A stretch of DNA of 48,138 bases from Nitriliruptorales bacterium (GTDB lineage: Bacteria; Actinomycetota; Nitriliruptoria; Nitriliruptorales; JAHWKO01), in assembly GCA_036260415.1 (NCBI GenBank), contig DASZZX010000032.1:1-48138 (forward strand), written 5' to 3'. The position numbers and the translations under genes were made by a program. Below the pieces are notes generated by a model. The model did no database searches. It saw nothing but the letters and a program-made list of their open reading frames with translations, and had not been told where the DNA came from. Position 1 is the stretch's first letter; every line of letters begins with the position of its first letter. Positions 8,336 through 16,645 of this stretch are shown here, in pieces.

Positions 8336-9133
8336 TCAGACGGGACGTCGGCAGAGCACGTCGAGTCGCACGAAGGTCTGGTCGTGGGACCCGTCATGAC
8401 GTCCCAACTCGTCGATGCGTTCCTCGGCTCGCAGCAGGAACTGTTCGCGCACCGCGTCCGTGACCCCGGCGACGTACGCCAGCGAGGCCTGCGTACGCAC
8501 GAACCCCAAGAGCTGGTCCTGGTTGAACGGGCGGCGCTGGGCCACCGTCGTGACGCCCGAGCGAGGGATCTCCAACCCGGACTCCTCCAGCAGGTCGAAC
8601 GCGACCCCCGCATCCGGGAACGTCACGGTGGCCGGCCCCAGGTCGAGCTCCGAAGCGATGTCATCCAGCAGCTCCACGACCCCGCGGACGTTGCCTGCGC
8701 CAGCGGACTCCGCGTGGAACCAACCGCCCGGTCGCAGAATCTGCAGGATCGCCTCGTAACAGCGCCCGTAGTCCGCGAGCGGGATCCAGTGGAACACCGC
8801 GCGACTGACCACCAGATCCACGGACGCCGCCGCCACCAGCCTGTCCAGCTCCTGCAATCGGCCCTGGCGGACCTGAAGGTTGTCGGCCTTGTGGGTTCTG
8901 GCGACCTCCAACATCGACGGGTCCGGTTCGACCCCCACGACCCTGCCGTCGGGAACGAGCCTGGCCAGGTGAGCTGTGAACTCTCCACTGCCGCAACCGG
9001 CGTCCACGACATGGTCGCTCGGACGTGGAGGATGCCGATCGACGAACCAGTCATCGAACTGGCGATGATGACCAGCCTGCTCCACGTAGCGATCACCCGC
9101 CCACATGGCCCCCCGCACAGCGCTCTGTGGCAT
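8336..9133 (-). CDS. class I SAM-dependent methyltransferase
   Basis: Frame of track ORF 8336..9751, trimmed to ATG 9133 (MPQSAVRG). SAM-binding motif I is VVDAGCGSGEFT, followed by VVGVEPD and DLVVSRAVFHW. The 206 upstream codons are Arg/Pro-rich shadow sequence. Confidence 0.85.
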   Translation of the reverse strand: MPQSAVRGAMWAGDRYVEQAGHHRQFDDWFVDRHPPRPSDHVVDAGCGSGEFTAHLARLVPDGRVVGVEPDPSMLEVARTHKADNLQVRQGRLQELDRLVAAASVDLVVSRAVFHWIPLADYGRCYEAILQILRPGGWFHAESAGAGNVRGVVELLDDIASELDLGPATVTFPDAGVAFDLLEESGLEIPRSGVTTVAQRRPFNQDQLLGFVRTQASLAYVAGVTDAVREQFLLRAEERIDELGRHDGSHDQTFVRLDVLCRRPV

Positions 9134-9387
9134 CGCGGCTCCTGGGTGATGGGCCCTGACGGTACAGGACGGCCGAACACGTTCGAGCGGGACGCCCAGA
9201 GCGGTCTTCCGCGTTCCGCTCGCTGACCGCGGGCCACGCTGCTCCTCGAGACCCGCGCCGCCGCTGCCGGGTGCATGCCTCGGGAGGCGGCGGTGATCGG
9301 GTACCGGCCGTCGAGCCCGCGGATGCTGCGCGCCGCGCGGCGCCCGCGTGCTAGTGCTTCGGACTGTCGAAGGCGGACGGGATCGAC

Positions 9388-10002
9388 GTGTTCTTCGAGC
9401 CACCACGACCGCACGAGGAGCCGCCGGCGCCCCCTCCCGTGCCGGAGTGGTTCGCTCCACCGGAGGACGAACTTGCGGCGCTGGTCCCGCTCCGCCAGCT
9501 GCTGGTGTCTCAGCAGGGCTTGGCGATCGTGGTCTCCCACGCCGACGTCTTCTCCAACGGCTGCGTGCTGCGGCTGCTGACCGCGGCGCGCCGGACCCCG
9601 GGTATGGGCGACGACGAGTGGATCGACCTGCACGAGGCCATGCTCGGTCACCGCATGCACCGCCGAGTCGTCGCCCGCGAGCTCCCAGCCGACCTGCTGC
9701 GGTGGGGCGTCGCCTACCGTGATGGGCGCAAGGCAACGACCGTGACCACACCGCATCCGTTCGATGCGGATGACTCCGTCAACGGACCGGTGCTGGTGGA
9801 ACACGGCGGGGGAGGTGGGGCCACCCAGGACGGCTGCAGGATGTCGCCGTCGTTGTGGCTGTGGCCGTTGCCTCCGGCCGAGATCTTCCAGCTGGTGTTC
9901 GCCTGGCCGGCCTTCGACATCCCGGAGACGTTCGTCGACATCGACGGGGCCGCGATCGTCTCCGCGGCGGAACGTGTCCTCCCGTTGTTCGACCGTGACT
10001 GA
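9388..10002 (+). CDS. hypothetical protein
   Basis: Track ORF of 204 aa with a GTG start and strong GC3 bias throughout. The composition is protein-like (LWLWPLPPAEIFQLVFAWPAFDIPETFVDIDG). No family recognised. Confidence 0.65.
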   Translation: MFFEPPRPHEEPPAPPPVPEWFAPPEDELAALVPLRQLLVSQQGLAIVVSHADVFSNGCVLRLLTAARRTPGMGDDEWIDLHEAMLGHRMHRRVVARELPADLLRWGVAYRDGRKATTVTTPHPFDADDSVNGPVLVEHGGGGGATQDGCRMSPSLWLWPLPPAEIFQLVFAWPAFDIPETFVDIDGAAIVSAAERVLPLFDRD

Positions 10003-10099
10003 CGGACGGGTGAGCGTGGAGCCCATCGGCCTGGAGATGGGGGGCGCGACGCCCCGATCCATGCTGGGGCGGGACCGCTGCGACCGTCGGTGAGCGACC

Positions 10100-10948
10100 C
10101 GCTCGCGGCGTAGACCCTCCGGGCACCCTTCAAGCCCTTGGGTTCCCGCTCGCCCGTGTCCTGGAAGTCCAGTCCCGAGCCGGACGCCAGCTGGTGGTCG
10201 ACGACACGGATCTCGCCAGGCGCCGCCGCCGCAGCGATCCGCGCAGCCTCGTGCACGGCAGCTCCTCGCACGTCGTCGCCCACCACCTCGACCTCGCCAG
10301 TGTGCAGCCCCACCCGGAGCTGGAGCCGAAGCCCTGCCGCTCGGTCCTGTTTCGCGATCCCGGCGCGGACCGCCCGCACCGCCCAGTCGAAGACCGCCAG
10401 GAACCCGTCGCCCGTCGTGGTGATCTCCCGCCCCCGGAAACGGTCGAGGACGAGTCGCACGTCCCGGTTGTGCCGCCCGAGCAGTTCACGCCACGTTGAT
10501 CGCCCATGCGCACGGCGATCTCGGTCGACGCCACGATGTCGGTGAACAGCAGCGTGGCGACGACCCGGTCGCCGGACTCGGGGTCGGGCAGCCAGGTGCG
10601 GACCCCCGACCAGTGGAGGCCCGCAACGGCTCGTCGCTGACCACCCATCCATCGTGGCCAGCCGGGACGTCGAACACGTCGTTGGGCCCCGATTCGAGGA
10701 CCGGCCGGCGTCCATCTCCACCCGCAGCCGCCCCTGCAGGACCACCCCGGCGTGGTGGGCCTGGCAGCTCTCGGCGGCTCGGGGGTTGCCGGTCAGCCGG
10801 CGCCCGCCCAGCGCACCGTGGGTCCCGGGCCCTACACGTTCGGCGAGACGGAGGCGTCGCCGATCCGCACGATGTCGGCGCTGATGCCCTCGAACCGGAC
10901 CCGCTCGTCGGGAGCGTCGAGGCTCCTCTTCCGCGGTCCACCCACCAC
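10100..10948 (-). pseudogene. cupin domain + class III adenylate/guanylate cyclase, disrupted by about 4 frameshifts
   Basis: Recognisable segments lie in alternating minus-strand frames. In order: DERVRFEGISADIVRIGDASVS (frame of ORF 10832..11182); SCQAHHAGVVLQGRLRVEMDAGR (frame of 9714..11966); RPVLESGPNDVFDVPAGHDGWVVSDEPL (frame of 10486..10941); VAGLHWSGV...VVATLLFTDIVASTEIAVRMGDQR (frame of 10130..10648); WRELLGRHNRDVRLVLDRFRGREITTTGDGFLAVFD...LRVGLHTGEVEV...AVHEAARI...RVYAA (frame of 9714..11966 again). The last frame has no stop until 9714. Confidence 0.6.
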
Positions 10949-11117
10949 CGGCCTCCCGCGCGGCGACGGATGTAGGTGGCGGACGATCAGGAGCCAACCG
11001 CGGCGTCGACCTGCGGGCCCCCCCACCCACGACGACGGGTACGGGCCGGCCGAGCACGACGGCGTATCGTGCGCGTCGCCACACGCGAGGGTTCGTCCAC
11101 GACGGAGGCCCGGGACC

Positions 11118-11993
11118 ATGACGGCAGTCAGCGCCGCCGCGACCATCCGCCAACGGCTGGGCGGCGGAGCCACGGTCAACATGCCCGGCGTCTACGACGC
11201 ATTGTCCGCCCGCCTCGCCGACGAAGCCGGCTTCGAGGTGCTGTTCATCTCCGGCTACTCGGTGTCGGCGTCCCGGCTGGGCATGCCCGACTACGGCTAC
11301 CTCACGCAGACCGAGATCGTCGACGCCGCCGCGACCGTCTGCACCAACACGAACCGGCCGGTGATCGTGGACGCCGACACCGGCTACGGCAACCCGCTCA
11401 ACGCCGTCCGCACCGCCCAGCTGTTGCACCGGGCCGGCGCGGCGGGGCTGTTCCTCGAGGACCAGCGCTGGCCCAAGAAGTGCGGCCACTTCGCTGGCAA
11501 GCAGGTCGTCGAACGCGGGGAGTGGCTGGCCAAGCTGCGTGCCGTGCTGGACCTGCGCGACGACGGGGTGGACCTGTTCGTGGTGGCCCGCACCGACGCG
11601 CGGGCCGCCGTCTCCCTGGACGACGCCATCGCCCGCGCCAAGGCGGCCCGCGATCTCGGAGTGGACGCGATCTTCGTCGAGGCTCCACAGAGCCGCGAGG
11701 AGCTGGAACGCGTCGCCGGAGAGGTCGACGGCGTGGTGCGCGTTGCCAACATGATCGAGGGTGGCCGGACCCCGTTGCTGACCACCAGGGAGCTGCACGA
11801 CCTGGGGTACGACCTCATCGTCACCCCCCTCAGCGGTCTCCTGGCGACCGCTCGCGCCCTGCGGCAGACCTTCGGGGCTCTGCGCGCGAAGGGCACGCTG
11901 CGCGACGACCTGCAACTGCTCGTCCCGTTCGACGAGTTCGGTGCGGTGGTGGACCTCGACGCCCACCGCCGCCTGGAACAGCGCTACGCCTGA
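11118..11993 (+). CDS. isocitrate lyase / PEP mutase family protein (methylisocitrate lyase- or oxaloacetate decarboxylase-like)
   Basis: Frame of track ORF 10752..11993, trimmed to ATG 11118 (MTAVSAAATIRQRL). Family motifs: PGVYDALSARL, VDADTGYGN, EDQRWPKKCGH (K-K-CGH signature), ARTDA. Confidence 0.85.
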   Translation: MTAVSAAATIRQRLGGGATVNMPGVYDALSARLADEAGFEVLFISGYSVSASRLGMPDYGYLTQTEIVDAAATVCTNTNRPVIVDADTGYGNPLNAVRTAQLLHRAGAAGLFLEDQRWPKKCGHFAGKQVVERGEWLAKLRAVLDLRDDGVDLFVVARTDARAAVSLDDAIARAKAARDLGVDAIFVEAPQSREELERVAGEVDGVVRVANMIEGGRTPLLTTRELHDLGYDLIVTPLSGLLATARALRQTFGALRAKGTLRDDLQLLVPFDEFGAVVDLDAHRRLEQRYA

Positions 11994-12059
11994 TCCCCTC
12001 TTCGGTGCCGCGGCCGGTCTCGACGCTCACCCTCGACCTGGAACAGCGCTACGCCTGAT
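11972..12059. repeat. 23-bp perfect direct repeat (CCTGGAACAGCGCTACGCCTGAT) duplicating the 3' end of the preceding gene
   Basis: The copies are at 11972-11994 and 12037-12059. Flanking similarity extends the repeat to about 45 bp (CTCGACGC[C/T]CACC...CCTGG). Copy 1 holds the stop codon of 11118..11993. Copy 2 holds the ATG (12058) of the endopeptidase gene. Confidence 0.8.
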
Positions 12060-12693
12060 GGCACGCGTGCACGTGCGGCTGCGGGCGGGCGCGCCGTGGT
12101 GGCTAGGGTGCCGTCCGTGTCGCCCCGCCTGCCCCCGCGATCCGGAGGGAGCCCTGCCACGACTGGTCGCGGGTGTCGGCAACCCCTGGTCGGGAGACCT
12201 CGATCTCGGCCCCCGTTTCGTCCGCCGCTACCGCGGGCATGGATGGCCGGCCGACGTCGTCCTGGAGGAACTGACCGTGGCCGCTCAGCGTGTCCTGCAC
12301 CGGCTGTGGGAGCTCCGTCCCGCGGCGCTGGTGGTGGTGGCGGGCTTCCCACGAGGCGACCACCCCGGGACGGTGCGCCGCTACCGGCCTTCCTGCGACA
12401 CCACCGACGAGGCCGACCTCCAGCGACGCCTCGGCGAGAGCGCCGCCGGGGTGATCGACCTCGACCACATCCTCGCGGTGACCAGCTACTTCGGGGCGCT
12501 GCCGGCCGACACCGTCGTGATCGAGGTGGAGCCGGCCCAGACGGTGTTCTCCGAGCGGCTGTCGGCCACGGTCTCGGCACGGCTGCCAGACCTGCTCGCA
12601 CTGGTCGACGGGGAGGTCCGCCGCCGCGCACCCGCCCGCCAGTTGCGGGGTGCCGCGTGCGACCGCCCCGGCCTCCAGGACGGCGGCCTCTGA
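12058..12693 (+). CDS. [NiFe]-hydrogenase maturation endopeptidase (HycI/HybD/HoxW family)
   Basis: Frame of track ORF 11941..12693. Family-like motifs: LVAGVGNPWSGDLDLGP near the N-terminus, PGTVRRY, and AGVIDLDHILAVTSYFGALPADTVVIEVEP. Start taken as ATG 12058; about 30 residues precede the conserved GVGN, so the start is uncertain. Confidence 0.75.
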   Translation: MARVHVRLRAGAPWWLGCRPCRPACPRDPEGALPRLVAGVGNPWSGDLDLGPRFVRRYRGHGWPADVVLEELTVAAQRVLHRLWELRPAALVVVAGFPRGDHPGTVRRYRPSCDTTDEADLQRRLGESAAGVIDLDHILAVTSYFGALPADTVVIEVEPAQTVFSERLSATVSARLPDLLALVDGEVRRRAPARQLRGAACDRPGLQDGGL

Positions 12694-12700
12694 CGGCTGC

Positions 12701-13057
12701 TCACTCAGCGGCGGGGTCGCTGGGTAGCGCGTCGACGAGCCGCTGCAGGTCGTCCTTGGGGATGGCGACCAGCCCCACCTCCCGAGCCTGCGCCTCCACC
12801 GCGGGATCCAGGAACGCCGAGAACAGCACGATCGGTGTCTCGATGCCGTCGTCGCGCAGCTGCCGGGCGACCTCGATCCCGGTCATGCGCGGCATCCGCT
12901 GGTCGAGCACGATGGCGTCGTAGGTGTTTGTCCCGCAGCGCGCGAGCGCCTCCTGCCCTGAGGACGCCTCGTCCACCGTCCAGTCCCGTCGGCTCAGCGC
13001 GAGACGGAGCAGGAGCCGGACGTCCTCCTCGTCGTCGACGAGCAGCACCCGCTTCAT
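12701..13057 (-). CDS. response regulator, receiver domain only (CheY-like, no output domain)
   Basis: Track ORF of 118 aa. REC signatures: VLLVDDEEDV, AIVLDQRMPRMTG (phospho-Asp), PIVLFSAF, IPKDD. The ATG overlaps the kinase stop (TGATG). Confidence 0.9.
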   Translation of the reverse strand: MKRVLLVDDEEDVRLLLRLALSRRDWTVDEASSGQEALARCGTNTYDAIVLDQRMPRMTGIEVARQLRDDGIETPIVLFSAFLDPAVEAQAREVGLVAIPKDDLQRLVDALPSDPAAE

Positions 13058-14802
13058 CAGCCGACCTCCCCTGTAGCACGTGGGAGCACCAAGGTGAACC
13101 GGCTCCCCTCCCCGGGGCGGCTGGCCACCCGCACGTCCCCACCCTGGCTGCGCATGATCTGCCGGGTCATGTACAGGCCCAGGCCGGTGCCCTCGACACC
13201 GGTCGTGTCGGGGCTGCGCGTGAACTTATCGAACAGCTTCGCCTGGTCGGCGGGCGGGATGCCGGGCCCCCGGTCGATGACGCTGAGCTCCACGTTGCGA
13301 CCCGCCTCGCGCGCGGTGATCGTCACCGGCGCGTCGGCGGGAGCGTACTTCAACGCGTTGGAGACCAGGTTGCCCAGGGCCAGGTCCAGCCGGCTCTCGT
13401 CGGCCAGCACCGGCGGCAGGTCGTCAGGCACGTCGACCTCGACCCTCCGCGACGCGGAGGTGCTGTCGGTCACCGCGGCCACGATCGCGCGCACGTCGGT
13501 GGGGACCGGCGACACCGACAGATCGAGCCCCGCCTCGAGACGGATGTAGTCGAGGAACTGCACCACGAGCCTCCGCAGACGGCCCACCTGCCGTCCCAGA
13601 CCCAGGCGCATCTGCTGCAGCTCGGCCGGGTCGTGGCTTTCCCCGAACCCCTCCAGCGTGTCCACCAGTCCCACGAGCACCGACAGGGGCGTCTTCATGT
13701 CGTGGGAGATGGCGGCCAGGATCTCGTTGCGGTAGCGGGCCGCCTCCTCCCGGGCGCGGTGTTCGACCAGCCTGTCGCGCAGCAATGCGTTGGACACGCT
13801 GAGGGCGAGGCGGGCGGCGACCTCCTCCATCAGCCCGACGGTGGACTCGTCCACCGACCCCGGCTCCGTGGACACGACCACCAGCGCACCGACCGTGCCC
13901 GTCTCCGTGTGCAGCGGTAGCACCGCCGCCGATCGCACCTGTTCCCATCCCGGCCCGATCAGCGGGAACCCCCGCTCGACGGTCGGCGCGTGCACGGTTT
14001 GACCGCCGGTGATGACCCGTGAGAGCGCCGTGCCGGGCGGAGGTGCGGTGTGCTGCAGACCCACCAGCAGGTCGCCGTCGGGGGCTCCCGGGGACATCGA
14101 CACGCGTCGGATCACCCCCTCGTCGCTCAACACCACGGCGAGGCTGCAGCCGGTGTCCTTCTCCAGCCGTTCGACGATCCCGTCGAGCGCGTGGCGCGGG
14201 TCCAGGGCGTCCGCCAACTGGGCGCCGACGTGGGCCAATAGCCGCCACCGCGACTCGGCTGCCTCCACCTCGCGCAGGAGACGGTGCACCTGGCTGAGGT
14301 CGCGTGCCGCGTGGATGGCACCGTGCACCTTGCCGTCCGCGTCGCGCACGATCGCACAGGACAGGCTGACCTGGCGCCCGCGACCGTCGGGGCGCGCGAC
14401 CGCAGTTTCCAGCGACAGCTGCCCGTCGGGCGCGGCCTCCATCAGGCCCCACGGGGTCGCGGGGACGCGGTCGCGGTACAGCGTGGCGGCGTCGGCCCCG
14501 AGCAGCTCCTCCATCGTCCTTCCGAGGAGCTGCGTGGCAGCCGCGTTGGCGCGAGTCACCGCGCCGTGCGGGTCGACGACCAGCACCGCGTCCGACAGCG
14601 ATCCGAACAGTCGGTCGAGCAGGGCTTCCGTCTGGACGCGGCGCAGGTGCTCGCGGTCCAGCTCCAGTTGGACGTCGGCCAGCGCGTCGAGCGCCTGCGA
14701 CAGCTGACGGGTGACGGTCCGCTCGTCACCGCGGGCGGCCGCGTCGTGCCCAGAGTCCTGCGATCCGCCGCCTCCGGAGTCCGCGCGGACGTCGTCGCTC
14801 AT
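13057..14802 (-). CDS. cytoplasmic sensor histidine kinase (coiled coil-PAS-GAF-HisKA-HATPase)
   Basis: Track ORF of 581 aa with no TM segment. PAS-like region: LSDAVLVVDPHGAVTRANAAATQLLG...IVRDADGKVHGAIHAARD. A GAF-like region of about 150 aa follows. H-box AAISHDMKTPL. N, G1 and G2 boxes: LGNLVSNALKY, DRGPGIP, GTGLGL. The ATG lies 1 nt after the large-subunit stop. Confidence 0.9.
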   Translation of the reverse strand: MSDDVRADSGGGGSQDSGHDAAARGDERTVTRQLSQALDALADVQLELDREHLRRVQTEALLDRLFGSLSDAVLVVDPHGAVTRANAAATQLLGRTMEELLGADAATLYRDRVPATPWGLMEAAPDGQLSLETAVARPDGRGRQVSLSCAIVRDADGKVHGAIHAARDLSQVHRLLREVEAAESRWRLLAHVGAQLADALDPRHALDGIVERLEKDTGCSLAVVLSDEGVIRRVSMSPGAPDGDLLVGLQHTAPPPGTALSRVITGGQTVHAPTVERGFPLIGPGWEQVRSAAVLPLHTETGTVGALVVVSTEPGSVDESTVGLMEEVAARLALSVSNALLRDRLVEHRAREEAARYRNEILAAISHDMKTPLSVLVGLVDTLEGFGESHDPAELQQMRLGLGRQVGRLRRLVVQFLDYIRLEAGLDLSVSPVPTDVRAIVAAVTDSTSASRRVEVDVPDDLPPVLADESRLDLALGNLVSNALKYAPADAPVTITAREAGRNVELSVIDRGPGIPPADQAKLFDKFTRSPDTTGVEGTGLGLYMTRQIMRSQGGDVRVASRPGEGSRFTLVLPRATGEVG

Positions 14803-14803
14803 A

Positions 14804-16642
14804 TCAGTCCAGGCCGCAGGCGCAGCTGGTCGCCTCCCGCACGACCGTGCCCCCGCCGGTGTGCAGGTGGACGGCGCAGGGAAGGCACGGATCGAAGCTG
14901 CGAACCGTCCGCAGGATGTCGATGCCGACGAAGTTGTCGGGGTCGGACACCTCTTCCAGGATGGGGGTGTTAAGCACGGCTTCCTCGTAGGGACCGGGGA
15001 CGCCCCACGGATCGCGGGGGGAGGCCATCCAGGTCGACGGGGTCAGGATCTGGTAGTTGGCCAGCCGCGCGTCCTCCACCCGGCAGTAGTGGGTGAGCGT
15101 CCCTCGGCCCGCCTCCCAGAAGCCGACGCCCACGCCGTCGGCCACCTCGAACGCGGAGCTCATCTCGGTCCGTTCGCTGCGGAACACGTCGAAGGCGCGC
15201 AGCAGGAACGTGTAGCCGGCCATCAGACAGTAGGCCACGTGCACGGCGCGGGCGCGGAGCCGTTCGAAGGCGTTGACCACGTCGGGGACACGCCAGGTGA
15301 TGACCGTCTCGGGCAGCGTGCTCTCCGGCACCGTGATCCGCAACAGCCCGGGCTCGGTCCGGATGAACTCGGTCTCGACCAGCCCGGCTGCCACGGTGAT
15401 CCACTGGCGGGCCAGGGGGCCGGACTCCGCGGGGCGGCGATCCCACCGCGGGGCGGTCGCCCACGAGTAGCGGCCTTTCCAGCTGGTGGCCTCCGGCCGG
15501 GGCAGCGTGCGCTTGTTCGACGGGTGGAAGGGGCTGAGCGGCGCCCCGTCCGGCGTTGTGGTGGCACCATCCGCCCAGCGTTCGTAGAACGAGTGGTCGA
15601 CGAACTCCTCGATGCCCAGGTCGATCTGCCGCAGCCGGGTCGTACGCAGTTCCCCGTCGATGACCACCCCGGGCGTGGACAGGCGGTTGCGTCCCCACGT
15701 GTCGGCGTGGGCGTAGGCGGCGTCGTAGACGTCGGGATCGTCCCAGATCCCGGTGCTGATCAGGTTGGCCTGGCGGATCCCGACCTGGCGGTAGGCGGGG
15801 TCGGCGGCGTAGAAGAACTCGATCAGGTCGTCCCACAGAGTCGCCACCCGCTTGGCGTAGTCCAGTAGGCGGACCATGCGCGCCAGCACCTGGTTGAGGG
15901 TGGCATGGTCCAGGCGGGTCCCGAGCCCGGCCGGGACGACAGCGGAGGGGTGGGGGTACTTGCCGTAGATGAGGGACACGATCTCCCGGCCTGCCCGGGT
16001 CACCTCCAGGGCCTCGGTGACGAACTCCCCGCGCAGCGGGTTGAGTCCCGTCATGATCTCCGCGATCGTGACCTTGCCGTGCGTGCGGGCGTGGGGGGCG
16101 GCCGCACGCTGGGCTCGCTGCCACAGCCGGGGGTTGGTCCGCGTCACCATCTCCTCGGAGTAGTCGGGCCCGGCCAGGAGGAAGAGGTGCAGGCAGTGGT
16201 CGTAGAGCAGCTCGGCCGCCTCGGCCAGGTTGCGGGCGATCACCGTCAGCGGTGGCGGCGCCACGCCGAAGGTCATCTCCAGCGCCATCGCCGCGCACGT
16301 GGAGTGCACCCCTCCGCACACCCCGCACGCCCGGGACGAGATCTCGATCGCTTCCAGCGGATCGCGCCCGCGCAGGATCAACTCGTAGCCACGGAACAGC
16401 ACCGCCTGGGAGTGGGCGGTCGTCACCGCCCGGGCGTGGAGGTCCACCGTGGTGTGGAACGCCAAGGCGCCTGCGACCCGTGTGACCGGGTCGATGGCGA
16501 ACTCCCTGCCGGCCGCCTCCGACGGGTCCGGATCCGGCTGCGGGGTGTCCCTCGGCCCCCTCTCGAGACCGAACCCGCGGCTGTCGTCCAGGTGGGGCTC
16601 GCCGGCCTCGTCGAAGACGATCGGGAGGTTCTCGAAGCACAC
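14804..16642 (-). CDS. [NiFe]-hydrogenase large subunit (atypical)
   Basis: Track ORF of 612 aa with a GTG start. L1 motif RACGVCGGVH and L2 motif DPCLPCAVH provide the four Ni-Fe cysteines. An 18-aa tail follows the His (LH-TGGGTVVREATSCACGLD). The N-terminal IDPVTRVAGAL replaces the usual R-I/V-E-G-H. Confidence 0.9.
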   Translation of the reverse strand: MCFENLPIVFDEAGEPHLDDSRGFGLERGPRDTPQPDPDPSEAAGREFAIDPVTRVAGALAFHTTVDLHARAVTTAHSQAVLFRGYELILRGRDPLEAIEISSRACGVCGGVHSTCAAMALEMTFGVAPPPLTVIARNLAEAAELLYDHCLHLFLLAGPDYSEEMVTRTNPRLWQRAQRAAAPHARTHGKVTIAEIMTGLNPLRGEFVTEALEVTRAGREIVSLIYGKYPHPSAVVPAGLGTRLDHATLNQVLARMVRLLDYAKRVATLWDDLIEFFYAADPAYRQVGIRQANLISTGIWDDPDVYDAAYAHADTWGRNRLSTPGVVIDGELRTTRLRQIDLGIEEFVDHSFYERWADGATTTPDGAPLSPFHPSNKRTLPRPEATSWKGRYSWATAPRWDRRPAESGPLARQWITVAAGLVETEFIRTEPGLLRITVPESTLPETVITWRVPDVVNAFERLRARAVHVAYCLMAGYTFLLRAFDVFRSERTEMSSAFEVADGVGVGFWEAGRGTLTHYCRVEDARLANYQILTPSTWMASPRDPWGVPGPYEEAVLNTPILEEVSDPDNFVGIDILRTVRSFDPCLPCAVHLHTGGGTVVREATSCACGLD

Positions 16643-16645
16643 GCC

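Noticed and set aside
9714-11966. A 750-aa minus-strand ORF, the longest in this region.
   Set aside because: It is a composite. It runs antisense through the real plus-strand genes 9388..10002 and 11118..11993, and it is mostly Arg/Gly/Pro-rich. Only its central part carries genuine cyclase and cupin blocks, which I annotate as a frameshifted pseudogene.
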